DNA of 64,000 nucleotides from Octopus vulgaris (GCA_951406725.2 OX597840.1:34658001-34722000); one strand, 5' to 3'; positions 14,701-28,397 are shown, counted from the first letter of the stretch. Numbers and translations: made by a program. Notes: generated by a model from the letters alone, not told the origin.

Positions 14701-15961
14701 ACACCTGAATAAAAATGGAATACAGTTTTCACTGAAATGTTACGTTAATTTTTTGAGCGAAATTAATATTTAAAAAACATTTTTTTGAAATCCGTCGTGT
14801 GTCAGAAATATTGCTTTCAAATTTTGGCACAAGGCCAGCAATTTCGAAGGAGCGGAACATCAATGATATCGACCTTGTTGTTTAATTGGGACTTATTTTG
14901 GGGTCTACTGTTGGCAATATGTATTTTTTGTGGGGGCTGGGAGCAGTAAAGAGAAGGGCCATCCTGGGCAGAGATTAAGAGAACAAATATTGAAACAACA
15001 AAGCCAAACAATAAATATGCGTAACATGGGCCCCTTCTTATGCTTTGAAGAACGAGATGTGTGACCAACTTCATTACAAACAGAACAACTTGGGCTGGGA
15101 CCTTTCAAAGGAATTGCAGGATACAACATGATGGATATTCTTCTGAAGATATCATGGATGTTATCCTTGATTCAAAGCTGGCGAGATCTTGCAGATAATT
15201 ATTTTTAACTGCAATATACCAAAAAGGGAATTTTGATTGATATGCCCTGATTTGCTTATTTGAACCCAGTTTCCCATAAACAAAAGAAAAACAAATAGTT
15301 TTGGTTCCAGCTGATAGCCCTTAAAATTGTGGTTCAACCAAGCCCTCAACCACTATCAGGTGATTATTTTAACCCAAGATATGATTTTTTTCCCTCAATT
15401 AGCCAGTCTTGGGCACAATGTGGTCTGGTGCAGCAATTTGTATGGAGTTGTGTTTTATTAGATGCACAAGTAAAGAGCTGAAGGGCTCCATCTACCCTGA
15501 GTCCATTGGGATGTCTGTGAGGGACCTTCTGCCAATGGAAATTCAATGACATGACAATTAACCCATGATTAGGATCCTGACAAGTGCTACTCCTCTGGAT
15601 TATAGTAGATCTGGGGACAGTAGTAACCAAGAGATGGTTCCTCGTTCTTTCAAAACCCTGGAATTCCTGAACTAGGGCCTCACTACCAGATGCAGCTTAA
15701 AGACACACCCAGGACAAGGATTAATACATAACTTCTGGGTATATATATATCGCTTTCAAATTTTGACACAAGACCAGCAATTTTGAGATAGGAAACTAAT
15801 TGATTACATCGACCCCAATGCGTAACTGGTGTTTATTTTATCAACCCCGAAAGGGTGAAAGGCAAAGTCGACCTCGGCAGAATTTGAACTCAGAACACGT
15901 TAAGGGTTTTGACATAATGTTACTGACTATTGCACTTGCCAATATTCTTCTGACAACATAA

Positions 15962-16596
<635 letters not shown>

Positions 16597-16597
<1 letters not shown>

Positions 16598-16732
16598 CAC
16601 CATGTTGCACACATATGGTTGTGATGCATGTGCCTGGTGTACCCTTATCAGACGGGTAGTCATGCTGGGTATGCTGGGCTTCGTATATTTTACCCCAGTG
16701 TCACTTTGAATACATGCACTGCTCTCTCACTC
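16597..16732 (+). mobile_element. 5'-truncated copy of the 554-bp element, opposite orientation, in (AAT)n
   Basis: Reverse complement of the first ~135 bp of the plus-strand reading of the other copies, ending ctctctcactc followed by AAT-rich sequence. Confidence 0.8.
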
Positions 16733-16996
16733 AACAATATTAATAAAATTAATAATAATAATAATAATAGCAATAACAACAACAACAATAATAATAATTC
16801 TTTCTACTATAGGCTTGGGGCCTGAAATTTGTGCAGAGGGGTGGAGTCGATCACATCGACCCCCAGTACTCAACCAGTACTTAGTTTATCAACCCTGAAA
16901 GCACAAAAGGCAAAGTTGACCTCATTGGAATTTGAACTCAGAACACGAAGACAGGTGATATAGCGTTAAGCATTTTACCTGTAGTGCTAATGATTC

Positions 16997-17787
16997 TTAT
17001 TTCTTTACTACCCCCAGGGGGCTAAACATAGAGGGGACAAACAAAGACTGACAAAGGGGTTAAGTCGATTATATCGACCACAGTACGTAACTGGTACTTA
17101 TTTAATCGACCCCGAAAGGATGAAAGGCGAAGTTGACCTCGGCAGAATTTGAACTCAGAACGTAGCGGCAGACGAAATACCTATTTCTTTATTACCCATA
17201 GAGGGGACAAACACAGAGGGGACAAACAAGGACAGACATAGGTATTAAGTCGATTACATCGACCCCAGTGCATAACTGGTACTTAATTTATCGACCCCGA
17301 AAGGATGACAGGCAAAGTTGACCTCGGCGGAATTTGAACTCAGAACGTAGCGGCAGACTAAATACCTATTTCTTTACTACCCATAGAGGGGACAAACACA
17401 GAGGGGACAAACAAGGACAGACATAGGTATTAAGTCGATTACATCGACCCCAGTGCATAACTGGTACTTAATTTATCGACCCCGAAAGGATGACAGGCAA
17501 AGTTGACCTCGGCGGAATTTGAACTCAGAACGTAGCGGCAGACTAAATACCTATTTCTTTACTACCCATAGAGGGGACAAACACAGAGGGGACAAACAAG
17601 GACAGACATAGGTATTAAGTCGATTACATCGACCCCAGTGCATAACTGGTACTTAATTTATCGACCCCGAAAGGATGACAGGCAAAGTCGACCTCGGTGG
17701 AATTTGAACTCAGAACGTAAAGACAGACAAAATACTGCTAAGCATTTCACCCGGGGCGCTAACGTTTCTGCCAGCTCACTGCCTTCT
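16997..17787 (-). mobile_element. SINE family B concatemer (one head, four bodies, 185-bp period)
   Basis: Identical junctions at about 17181, 17366 and 17551; the head is present only at about 17735-17787. Confidence 0.85.
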
Positions 17788-18461
17788 TCTGGGTACCTAT
17801 TAATATCTAGAACTTGTATAGAATGCAAGGCTACACACTCTGCTTTCAATCCAGGATCAATCCCAAACTGTGTGTCACCCTCCAAGCATTCATTTCAACT
17901 TTGATGTTTTACGTTCCTTTTTCTCTCTAATCAGTAAATTCAGTCCCGGTCTTCTAATTGGCTGAGGTTTTGGTCCTATCACTTATGCGCTTGTAACGTG
18001 GGTGTGTTTGTCTTTTATAAAATTCCCAGCAATAAACATGTTATCAATAACTTATCTATCCTTCTTTTTACTCTCCCCTCCTCCCCTCTCTCCTCCTCAT
18101 CTCTCTCTCCCTTTCTGCTTCCTTGCATAGCTTTGTTGTTTTCCCTCTTCCCTTCATCATGTTATCAATGACTTAAGTAAAGGAAGTGAAATGGCAAGGG
18201 TTTTTTTTTTTTTTTGTTTTTCTTATTACAAAACCCAGATGGAATGCATTGATCTATTTATAATTTATTCTAGATCTCTGCATTCTGAGTTCAAATCCTG
18301 CTGAGGCCAATGTTGCTTTTCGTGTCTTCAGGGGTGGTTATTAAAGCACAGCCCAAGCACTAGGTCTCACTGTCTCTGTTCAGCTATCTGTGTGTGTGTG
18401 TGTGTGCGTGAAAGTGTGAAAGTGTCTGTGTATATATGTGTATATATGTGTGTGTGTGTGT

Positions 18462-18502
<41 letters not shown>

Positions 18503-18912
18503 GGCATAGGAGTCGCTGTGTGGTAAGTAGCTTGCTAACCAACCACATGGTTCCGGGTTCAGTCCCACTGCGTGACACCCTGGGCAAGTGTCTTCTGCTA
18601 TAGCCCCGGGCTGACCAAAGCCTTGTGAGTGGATTTGGTAGACAGAAACTGAAAGAATCCCGTCGTATATATGTATATATATGTATATATGTATGTGTAT
18701 ATGTTTGTGTGTCAGTGTTTGTCCCTCCAACATCACTTGACAACCGATGCTGGTGTGTTCACGTCCCCCGTAACTTAGCGATTCAGCAAAAGAGACCTAT
18801 AGAACAAGTACTAGGCTTGCAAAGAATAAGTCCTGGGGTTGATTTGTTCGACTAAAAGGCGGTGCTCCAGCATGGCCGCAGTCAAATGACTGAAACAAGT
18901 AAAAGAGTAAAA
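18503..18912 (+). mobile_element. tRNA-derived SINE family A (GGCGCAGGAGTGGCTGTGTGG head), representative copy
   Basis: Head with GGGTTCAGTCCC B-box-like motif, ccttgggcaagt-type core, internal (TA/TG)n, tail gactgaaacaagtaaaaga. Further copies at about 14410-14705(-), 35880-36065(-), 52500-52898(-), 53180-53563, 54240-54620, 60483-61085 and 61626-62025. Confidence 0.88.
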
Positions 18913-18916
18913 CAAT

Positions 18917-19013
<97 letters not shown>

Positions 19014-19031
19014 TATATATGTATATATATA

Positions 19032-19086
<55 letters not shown>

Positions 19087-19282
19087 AGGCACAATGGTTC
19101 AGTGGTTAGGGCAGTGGACTCCCAGTCATAGGATCGCGGTTTGAGGTTCTGTCCCACTGCTTGGCACCTAGGGCAAATGTCTTTTACTATAGCCCTGGAC
19201 TAACCAAAGATTTATCAGTGGATTTGGTCGATAGAAAATCTGAAAGACGTTTCTTATGTGTGTGTATGTGTGTCTATATATA

Positions 19283-19318
<36 letters not shown>

Positions 19319-19588
19319 TGGACACAGGCATGTCTGTGTGGTAAGAAGCTTGCTTCCCAACCATGTGGTTCTGGGTTCTGTCCCATCATGTGGCACCTGG
19401 GGCATGTGTCTTCCCCTATAGCCTCGGGCTGACCACAGCTTTGCAAGGACTTATAGACCAACATCTACAATATCGGAAAGATGAACTGTGAACTTTTATG
19501 CTCCTTTTTTCTTCTTTTCTTTACTCCTTTTCTCCTGTCCTCCGTGTCATTATTTCCTTGATCTATACCCTTCACATTTTCCCTATTT

Positions 19589-19644
19589 GTCTCTGATGAC
19601 AGAATATCCCATATTTTGGGACATCTCCGAAACAGCTGTAAAAC
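19589..19644 (+). ncRNA. Type I hammerhead ribozyme motif (Penelope-type, degenerate)
   Basis: GTCT-CTGATGA-[tccca/tggga stem II]-GAAA-CAGCTG-TA-AAAC; one stem I mismatch. Confidence 0.6.
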
Positions 19645-20820
19645 TTTAAAATTTTTCCAATAATAATAACATATAAGGCTTGAGATATTTGTCTTGCCTT
19701 AGTGTTTGTTCTCCTCTTTAACAATTATACATCCGCTATATCGTAAATCTACAATGGTTCCATAACTCCCATCTCAGCTAGGAGCTTGGAGCCCTGGTAA
19801 TCTGTTATAGCACCTACTGAGCGTACCTAGTCGTTTAGATCACCTGTGAACTAAACCCCCATATTTTGCATATATACATATGTGTGTGTGTGTATATCTG
19901 GCCTTTGACCCACAGACATAACGTCCCCCCTTTCTACCTGTTCTACTTTTATTACTATAACCTAGCAGCTTGGTATAAGAGACTGATAGAATAAGTACCA
20001 GGCTTATGAAAAGTATATAAATGCTGGGGGGGGGGGGCCATTTATTTGAGTAAAACTTCTTCAAGGCAGTGCCCCAGCATGGCCGCAGCCTAATCACTGA
20101 AACAAGCTAGATATTCTTATCTACTCTAGGCATAAGGCCTGAAATTTTAGGGGAGAGGGCCAGTTGATTAGATTGACCCCAGTTTGCAACTGGTACTTAA
20201 TTTATTGACCCCGAAAGGACAAACGGCAAAATTGACCTTGGCGGAATTTGAACTCAGAACGTAAAGACAGATGAAATGCCACAAAGCATTTCGTCCGGTG
20301 TTGTAATGATTCCACCGGCTTACCATTTTTGAAACAAGTTAGGTATTAAACATGAAAGGTAACTTCAACCATCTTGTCTAACATTTATGGCCTTGTGGCT
20401 GTTATTGGGAAGAATTATAACAGGAACCATAGGAGTGAGCTTGCAGAGTCATTACCATGTGGTGTTCATTCTAGCTCTGTACGTTGTGGGTTCAAATCCA
20501 GCCAGCCCCAAACTTACCTTTCATCCTTTCAGGGTTGATAAAAATAAAGTAACAAATGATAGCAGCTAACCCCTCCTCTCAAAAATAAAGGATTTTTACC
20601 TAAATTAGAACCATTAACGAGTTGGCAGAATTGTTCAACAAAATGCTTAGTGGCATTTTGCTTGTTTCAATGTTCTGAGTTCAAATTCTGCAGAGGCCAG
20701 CTTTGCTGTTCATGCTTTCAGGGTCAATAAAATAAGTACCAGTTGAGTACTGGGGTCGATGTAATTGATTAACCCTTCACCCATAACTTCAGGCCTTGTG
20801 CTAATAGTAGAAAGGGTTAT

Positions 20821-20894
<74 letters not shown>

Positions 20895-20941
20895 TTACTA
20901 CTACTACTATTATTATTATTATTATTATCATTATTATTACT

Positions 20942-21495
20942 GAGTGAGAGAGCAGTTCATACCATCAAAGTGACACTGGGGTAAAATATACGAAGCCCAA
21001 TATACCCATCATGACTACCCGTCTGATAAGGGTACACCAGGCACATGCATCACAACCATTTGTGTGTGACATGGTGATCTCATATCAAGATAAACAGCAC
21101 ATGACCTTGCAGGTGGGGCCCAGTTAGAATTTTCTTCAGGTTGAGTAGCCCATCCCGCTCAAAAGGTCCCTGAATAAGGGTTATTTAAGGATGTTGAACG
21201 AAACACCCATGTTTCCAAAGGTGAATTCTCCAAACCCCAAAGAATCCCTCTCAACACATGGCTATGATGCTTCCCCACTACTTCTGCTCGTGATCAGAGA
21301 TGCACATATCGTCAGCCACCAAGGGACATGCTCAACTGGTTACGGTCAAACAACTGACAAGCAAATCTGTGGTATTGAGCAGAATATTTGCTGTAGCCCA
21401 TCTTTTATACCAAGACAAAACAATGTACATGATAACACTTCCAATCAGTTAAGATCAAAAGCCATGAGAGCCACTGCCTGGTACTGCATCAGGGC
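20942..21495 (-). mobile_element. 554-bp (ATT)n-inserted element, copy 2
   Basis: Same termini and body as copy 1. Confidence 0.85.
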
Positions 21496-21514
21496 ATTTA
21501 TTATTATTGTTGTT

Positions 21515-21982
21515 GTTTGATTTTTGCTTTACATTTGTACAAGTTGGCTCCAAGTCTCGCCCAGAGACCTCAAGAGACAACAGGTTGGAAGTTCATGTTG
21601 GTGTTATGCCTAGTGTGCCATATATTAGGTTTTGTACTTAGTGTTGTTCTAGAGAATGTTTAAGAAACCATAAGAAAATTATGTTTGTTTTAAAACTTGA
21701 GATTACATCGAAAGTATTTTACATAGGATATGGGCAGTTCCCATGAGCACTATCTTTTGAATTTCTGCCATTTGGGGATTTCTTGATATCTGAGCTAGGT
21801 AGGAATCGGCTCCTTTTGCTATCATTCCCAGGGCACCTATGACAACAGGTATTGTTTTAGTCTTCAGGTTCCACATTTTGCTGATTTCTATTTCAAGATC
21901 TTTATATTTGCTCAGATTTTGGTAGGTCTTGACAGATACGTTTCTATCGATTGGGATAGTCATATCAATGAGGAGGCATGAT
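21515..21982 (-). mobile_element. R4/Dong-like LINE 3' fragment in (ATT)n
   Basis: CLLIDMTIP...SKYKDLEIEISKMWNLKTKTIPVVIGALG...IQKIVLMGTAHIL is the RLE C-terminus; its 3' UTR recurs truncated at about 25090-25195; flanked by (ATT)n. Confidence 0.85.
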
Positions 21983-22004
21983 TTTTATTATTATTATTAT
22001 TATT

Positions 22005-22557
22005 GAGTGAGAGAGCAGTGCATGCCATCAAAGTGACACTGGGGTAAAATATACGAAGCCCAATATACCCATCATGACTACCCGTCTGATAAGGGTACAC
22101 CAGGCACATGCATCACAACCATATGTGCGTGACATGGTGATCTCATATCAAGATAAACAGCACATGACCTTGCAGGTGGGGCCCAGTTAGAATTTTCTTC
22201 AGGTTGAGTAGCCCATCCTGCTCAAAAGGTCTCTGAATAAGGGTTGTTTAAGGATGTTGAAAGAACCACCCATGTTTCCAGAGGTGAATTATTCAAACCC
22301 CAAAGAATCCCCCCAACACATGGCCATGATGCTCCCCCACTACTTCTGCTCGTGATCAGAGATGCACATATCGTCAGCCATTAAGGGACATGCTCAACTG
22401 GTTAAGGTCAAACAACTGACAAGCAAATCTGTGGTATTGAGCAGAATATTTGCTGTAGCCCATCTTTTATACCAAGACAAAACAATGTACATGATAACAC
22501 TTCCAGTCAGTTAAGATCAGAAGCCATGAGAGCCACTGCCTGGTACTGCATCAGGGC
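22005..22557 (-). mobile_element. 554-bp (ATT)n-inserted element, copy 3
   Basis: Same termini and body as copy 1. Confidence 0.85.
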
Positions 22558-22590
<33 letters not shown>

Positions 22591-23021
22591 CATTATTAAG
22601 ATGGCAAGTTGGCAGTATTATTAGTGCATTGAGCAAAATAATTAACAATATTTCTCCCAACTCTGTGTTCTGAGTTCAAATTCCTTCAACATCCACTTTA
22701 CCTTTCAGGGTTGATAAAATAAAGTACCAGTCAAGTACTGGGGTTGATGTAATTGCCTGACCCTCCCTTCCGCCATAATTGCTGGCATTGTGCCAAAATT
22801 AGAAAGGATTATAAGGTCAACTGTCTCCAGACCAGGGACCTCTATATGGTTGCTAGAAACAGCAGCCAAACCTCCTGTAAATCACACTTCACGGTTTCAA
22901 ATTAAGAACAGAGCGCAATAAGATAACTGTAATCCTAGATACACATAGACAGACAATATTCATGACTAGAATGCTTCTGATTGTAGGTTTGCTCTCAAAC
23001 AGGATTGACTTGGGTCTAACT

Positions 23022-23055
<34 letters not shown>

Positions 23056-23419
23056 GCAAATGCAGATGTAATTTGCCAAAATGGAAAAGTTATGAAGCAC
23101 CTTCCTTTGTTTAACATTAATAAAAGTTTATCAGATTGTTTTTGAGGGGAGGGGGAACAACCACTTGTATCTTTTTTTTTTTTTATCAATCAACCATTCC
23201 TTTATCCACCCTGCCTCTCTTCCACCTCACCCACCCTCCACTCCCTGGTCTCTCTTTTTCTTCATCATCACCACCACCACCACCATGGCCACCACTTCTA
23301 GATATTTCGAGTTCTAATTACATCCTCATTAGCGATTTTTTGTTTTCTTTTCTGTTTTTTTTCTTTTTAATAATTCTTTAAAATTGCTCCTTTGTTTGTC
23401 TCTCTTATCATCATTAACA

Positions 23420-23590
23420 CCATCATCATCATCATCAACAGCATTGCTGACGCTTCCGTCGCCGCTGCAACCATCTCCGCCACCACCACCACCACCACCA
23501 CCTCTGCCGCCGCGACCACCACCTCTGCCGCCACCACCATCACCACCACCAGCACTTTTGCTGTTGCTGCTGTTGAAGTTTCCACCATCG

Positions 23591-23628
<38 letters not shown>

Positions 23629-24030
23629 GTCATCATCATCATCATTATCATCGTCAGCACCACCACCACTGAAATCATTATCACCCCTCCGCGTATTGAC
23701 CACTACCATCATCGTCACCATTGACTTCACTTTCATGATGATGGTAGTGATGATGATCACCACCACCACCACCACCACCACCACCACCACCACGACTACC
23801 ATCATCACCATCATCGGTGTTGGCGTTGTGCTCATCATCATCATCATCAGGAATGTCATCATTACCCACTACCACTACCACTACCACCACCACCACCACT
23901 ACCACCACCACCAACACCAACACCACCAATAACTCCACCACCAGCACCACCACCAACAACAACAACAACAACAACACCAATAACTCCACCACCACCACCA
24001 CCACCACCACTACCACCACCATCACCAGCC
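23420..24030. repeat. Compound (CAC/CAT/CAA)n trinucleotide region
   Basis: Directly visible; a similar tract lies at about 43720-43880. Confidence 0.9.
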
Positions 24031-24267
24031 CACCCCCACCCCCCACCCATTTCTGCTACTGCTCCTAAAATTAGATGCAATATTTGCTCCTTGATAAAGA
24101 AAGCCCAAATCCTCTTATTTTACGTAATTTCTATAAAAATATCCACAATTTACCAAACCCCCTTCTGCCCTCTCGGTTCTGGTAATTTCTACACAAAACA
24201 CCACTTCTTCTGCCACCAACCGGACATTCCTCCACCCCTGCCCCCTTTTCTTTTGGCCGATTCTTGC

Positions 24268-24275
24268 TATAAAAA
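24268..24275 (+). promoter_or_regulatory. TATA box of IL-17-like gene A
   Basis: TATAAAAA about 135 bp upstream of the exon-1 ATG, in unique non-repeat sequence. Confidence 0.55.
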
Positions 24276-24403
24276 CCGATGCCGACCAAACCTTCCATCT
24301 GAATCTGCTCTGATTCCTTCGAACAACTATTTCAGTGACCACCACCAGTGAAACTGTGTCTGACTTCTTATTTACAGCAACTGAATTGAATTTGATTGAA
24401 ATT

Positions 24404-24442
24404 ATGTTGGCATACATTTATATTTCCATTCTGCTTCATGTG
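24404..24442 (+). CDS. IL17: IL-17-like gene A, coding exon 1 (signal peptide start, MLAYIYISILLHV)
   Basis: ATG at 24404, 13 codons, then a consensus donor GTG|gtaaga at 24443 in phase 0. Joined to the phase-0 acceptor at 29292 it gives a plausible signal peptide MLAYIYISILLHVSTLMQPTIMA. TATAAAA lies upstream at 24268. The splice is inferred, not observed. Confidence 0.75.
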
Positions 24443-24736
24443 GTAAGAATTCCTTATTTTTATTATTATTATTATTATTATTAATCTGCAAGTTGGCAGA
24501 ACTGTTAGCACGCCGGGCGAAATGCTTAGCGGTGTTTTGTCTGTCTTTACGTTCCGAGTTCAAATTCCTCTGAGGTTGACTTTGTCTTTCAAACTTTTGT
24601 GGTTGATAAATTAAGTAACAGTTGCGCACTGGGGTTGATGTAATTTGACTAGTACCCTCCCCCGAAATTTCAGCTCTTGTGCCTAGAGCAGAAAGGATTA
24701 TTATTATCATTACTATTATCATTATCATTATTATTA

Positions 24737-24770
<34 letters not shown>

Positions 24771-25040
24771 GGTGGCGAGCTGGCAGAAATGTTAGCATGC
24801 TGGGCAAAATGCTTGGCTGTATTTCATCTGTCTTTACGTTCTGAGTTCAAATTTTGTCGAGATCAACTTTGCCTTTCATCCTTTTGGGGTCGATAAATTA
24901 AAGTACCAGTTGCATACTTGGGTTGATTTAATCAACTGGCCCCCTCCCATCAAAATTTCAAGCCTTGCGCCTAGAGTAGAAAAGATTATTATTATTATTA
25001 TTGTTATTATTACTATTATTATTATTATTATTATTATTAC

Positions 25041-25086
<46 letters not shown>

Positions 25087-25424
25087 GTTATTCTATGTTT
25101 GACTTTTGCTTTACATTTGTACAAGTTGGCTCCAAGTCTCACCCAGAGACCTCAAGAGACAAGTTAGAAGTTCATGTTGGTGTTATGCCTAGTAATTTTT
25201 CCCAACTCCATATTTCTGAGTTCAAATCCCACTGAAACTGACTTTGTCTTTCATTCAATTGGAGTCAAAGAAATAAGTACCAGTCATGCACTGAGGCTGA
25301 TGCAGTCAACTAGCCCTCTCTCCTCACATTTCAGGCCTTGTGCCTATCATAGAAAAAAAATTGTTGTTCTTGCTATTATTTTTATTATTGTTGTTGTTGC
25401 TGTTATTATCATTGTTGTTATTGT

Positions 25425-25770
25425 TGTTTTACTTCTCAGAACGTTTGGTTTCATTGGTTTTGGTAGATTCTGTGACAGCATCCTGCTGCCAGAGATCTCA
25501 AAGGGTCTCTTTCCGCACATTACAAGCTTTGATACTTGGTTGTTAATTACCGAGGGAGACATTCAACATCCAAGTACCAATTTCAAAGTCCTAGCTGTCC
25601 CCAGCAGAGCAGTTTTGGAGGGGCTTGCTCTGCTCTCTTGTCAATTCCCATTTCTTTGACATATTTCTCAAACTTGGTTCTTAATATTCCAAGTGTCCCA
25701 AAGACTATTAGAACGACAGATACTCTTCTCATAGTTCACATTCTTGCAATTTCCTTTTAGTAGTCTGTAC
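25425..25770 (-). mobile_element. R4/Dong-like LINE 3' end (related copy at about 6890-7080)
   Basis: LLGTAR-type terminus and a 3' UTR shared between about 25425-25610 and 6890-7080. Confidence 0.55.
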
Positions 25771-25989
25771 TTTCTTCTTCTTCTTCTTCTTCTTCTTCTT
25801 CTTCTTCTTCTTCTTCTTCTTCTTCTTCTTCTTCTTCTTCTTCTTCTTCTTCTTCTTCTTGTCATTGTCGTTGTCGTCGTCTTCATCATCATCATCATCA
25901 TCATTATTATTATTATTATTCCACATATGCACAACAGAGTAAACTTGAAAAGTAAATATTCCTAACATTGGTCTACAACAAGTAACCTT

Positions 25990-26197
25990 AGATGCCAAGA
26001 ACTCTCCCAAGTATCCTAGCTGTCCCCTAACAACACTGTTTTCTGGAGCTGTACTAAACTGGGTTTTATGCCTATTTCATCTATCCAGCTGTTCAGATCT
26101 TTAGGGGATAGTTCCCAATGCCCCTATAACTACATTCTACCCACACTTTCCATAGTCTCTGTAATTTTTTCATCATTTTCTATTCTCTTTATCTACT

Positions 26198-26252
<55 letters not shown>

Positions 26253-28165
26253 CACCACCACCACCACCATGACCACCAAATCAGTTCTTCTAGCTTCTAT
26301 TACTTTGTCAGTCTGAATGTTAAAGTCCCACAACATCTTATACTTCTTACTTTCTAGTAATTTTACTAGGTTCATCAATATGTTCAAATCCTAGTTTTCT
26401 ACATAGCTCCCAGTGAATTACTCTCCCTAGGTTGTCAAGTCTTTTCTTGCCTTCATTCTTGATACAGTCACTCACTAAATGATCCACACTTTTCTCTTTT
26501 TATTTACAAAACCTACGTTGGGAATCTACCTGCTTTTTGTCTATCTTGGCAGTCATCCAATTAGTCCACAATGTTTGATCTTGTGCTGCTACTAACAAAC
26601 TCCCTGTCTCCCTTTTCAGCCTTCCCTTCTGCAACCATAACCATGTCTCACTATTACTATTTTCTATAGAAATTTACCATGTAAAAAGCCTTCTCTTGCC
26701 AGTCAGATTATCTTGCTTCTTTTTTTCCTGGTTTTTAACCTCATTTAGCGTTTTGGTTTCCCTATCTCCTACTGTTACTCTTGCAGCTCTTTACAAAATC
26801 TCTTCCCTATCACCTACATAGGAAGCTATATTTATTCTAGATAACTCCACACAATCTTCTACTGATATCAAAGCTCTGCCACCTTCCTTTCTGAGTAAAT
26901 ACAATTTTGTTGCTCCTGCTCTAGGATGAAGTCCTCCATATTGAATTCCTTCCTAGTTCTACCTAGATTTTCTAATTCAGGTTTTGTCCAATGTACAAAT
27001 ATTTGCTAAATATCTAAATAACTATTTACTACCTTCACTAGATTCAGGCCATTTAGCTCTGACTTCATCAACTTCCTCATCCCACCGAGGTACTCCTTCT
27101 CAATTTTCTTTCTCATTTCTATGATTAGTACTCTGTTAGATTCTGTAACAGGATGAGAGTTTAGGAACACTGGAGGGGTGTCCGATCTGATCTTGTTACA
27201 TACAAGTTGAAGAAACGGAACCAAAGTCAGGCTGTCTTCGATAACAACAAATAGTTTATTCAGCGGTTCACAGGTAAAACATATACATGTGAGTGGATTT
27301 GGTAGATGGAAACTGAAAGAAGCCTGTCATAATTATGTATATATATATTTATGTATGTGTGTATATATGTTTGTGTGTCTGTGTTTGTACCCCTAGCATT
27401 GCTTGACAACCGATGCTGGTGTATTTATGTCCCCATCACTTAGCGGTTCGGCAAAAGAGACCTATAGAATAAGTACTGGGCTTACAAAAGAATAAGTCCC
27501 GGGGTCGATTTGCTCGACTAAAGGTGGTGCTCCAGCATGGCCGCAGTCAAATGACTGAAATAAGTAAAAGAAAGAAAGAAAATATGTATTTCTTGTGGGG
27601 AAACCGGCAGCCGAGTCCACAGGACAGTTTACAATGTTCACTCGTGTGAGCCAAGAAGATACGGTGTTCGTTGAGAGAAGTCGAGCCACGTTCGATCGCT
27701 AGCGCTGCTCTGCCAGAAAGGGCTGATTTAGTGGTCACGCTTTCAGCCTGCAGTTCCTGCGCATGAGCATGAGGAAACTTCCGGTGGCCAACCGGAAGTA
27801 ATCCAATTCAGCGCATGTGCACTGAACCTTACACAGTAGCGTTACTACAATTCTAATACTCCTAGATACATATATCTTCCTCCTTTCCTCAATAATTTTA
27901 GTGTCTGGCCATCTGGTCAGTGGACACCTTCACTGCTGACTACCTGTCCATTTTTTTATGACTAACATGCCTCCTCTCATCTATGCCAAATTCCATGCCT
28001 TTATCTTTGCTGAAGAGTCTTACAGTCTGTTTTAAGGAATCCCTTTTCCATTCTTACTAAAAAGCTTCAGATCATCCATGTACATCAAATGGTTAATTGT
28101 TCCTTTGTTATCTCTAAACTGACACCCTGCCTTTGCCTTTCTTAATATTAAACTTAGGGTAATAA
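25990..28165 (-). mobile_element. Decayed R4/Dong-like LINE (RT to RLE) inside the IL-17 A intron
   Basis: INHLMYMDDLKLF (about 28060-28100), YMYLGVLE-SNRV across the LTR insertion, MLWDFNIQTDKVIEARRTDLVV (about 26280-26340); many stops and frameshifts. Confidence 0.85.
27144..27849 (-). mobile_element. Solo LTR (Gypsy-like) carrying an inserted SINE
   Basis: TGTA...TACA termini, 4-bp TSD ATTC (27140-27143 and 27850-27853), minus-strand AATAAA at about 27255-27260. Removing it restores the LINE frame YLGVLESNRV. SINE fragment at about 27288-27575. Confidence 0.8.
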
Positions 28166-28334
28166 GCTGACTACATCAGCCCCACTATTCAACTGGTACT
28201 TTTTTTATCAACACCAGAAAGGACGAAAGGTAAAGTCGACCTCATCAAAATGTGAACTTAGAACAAAATACTGCTAAGGGACATAACATAAATATTAAAG
28301 GGAATAGCGAGTGTCCCTTGAAAATTCCGCTCTT

Positions 28335-28397
<63 letters not shown>

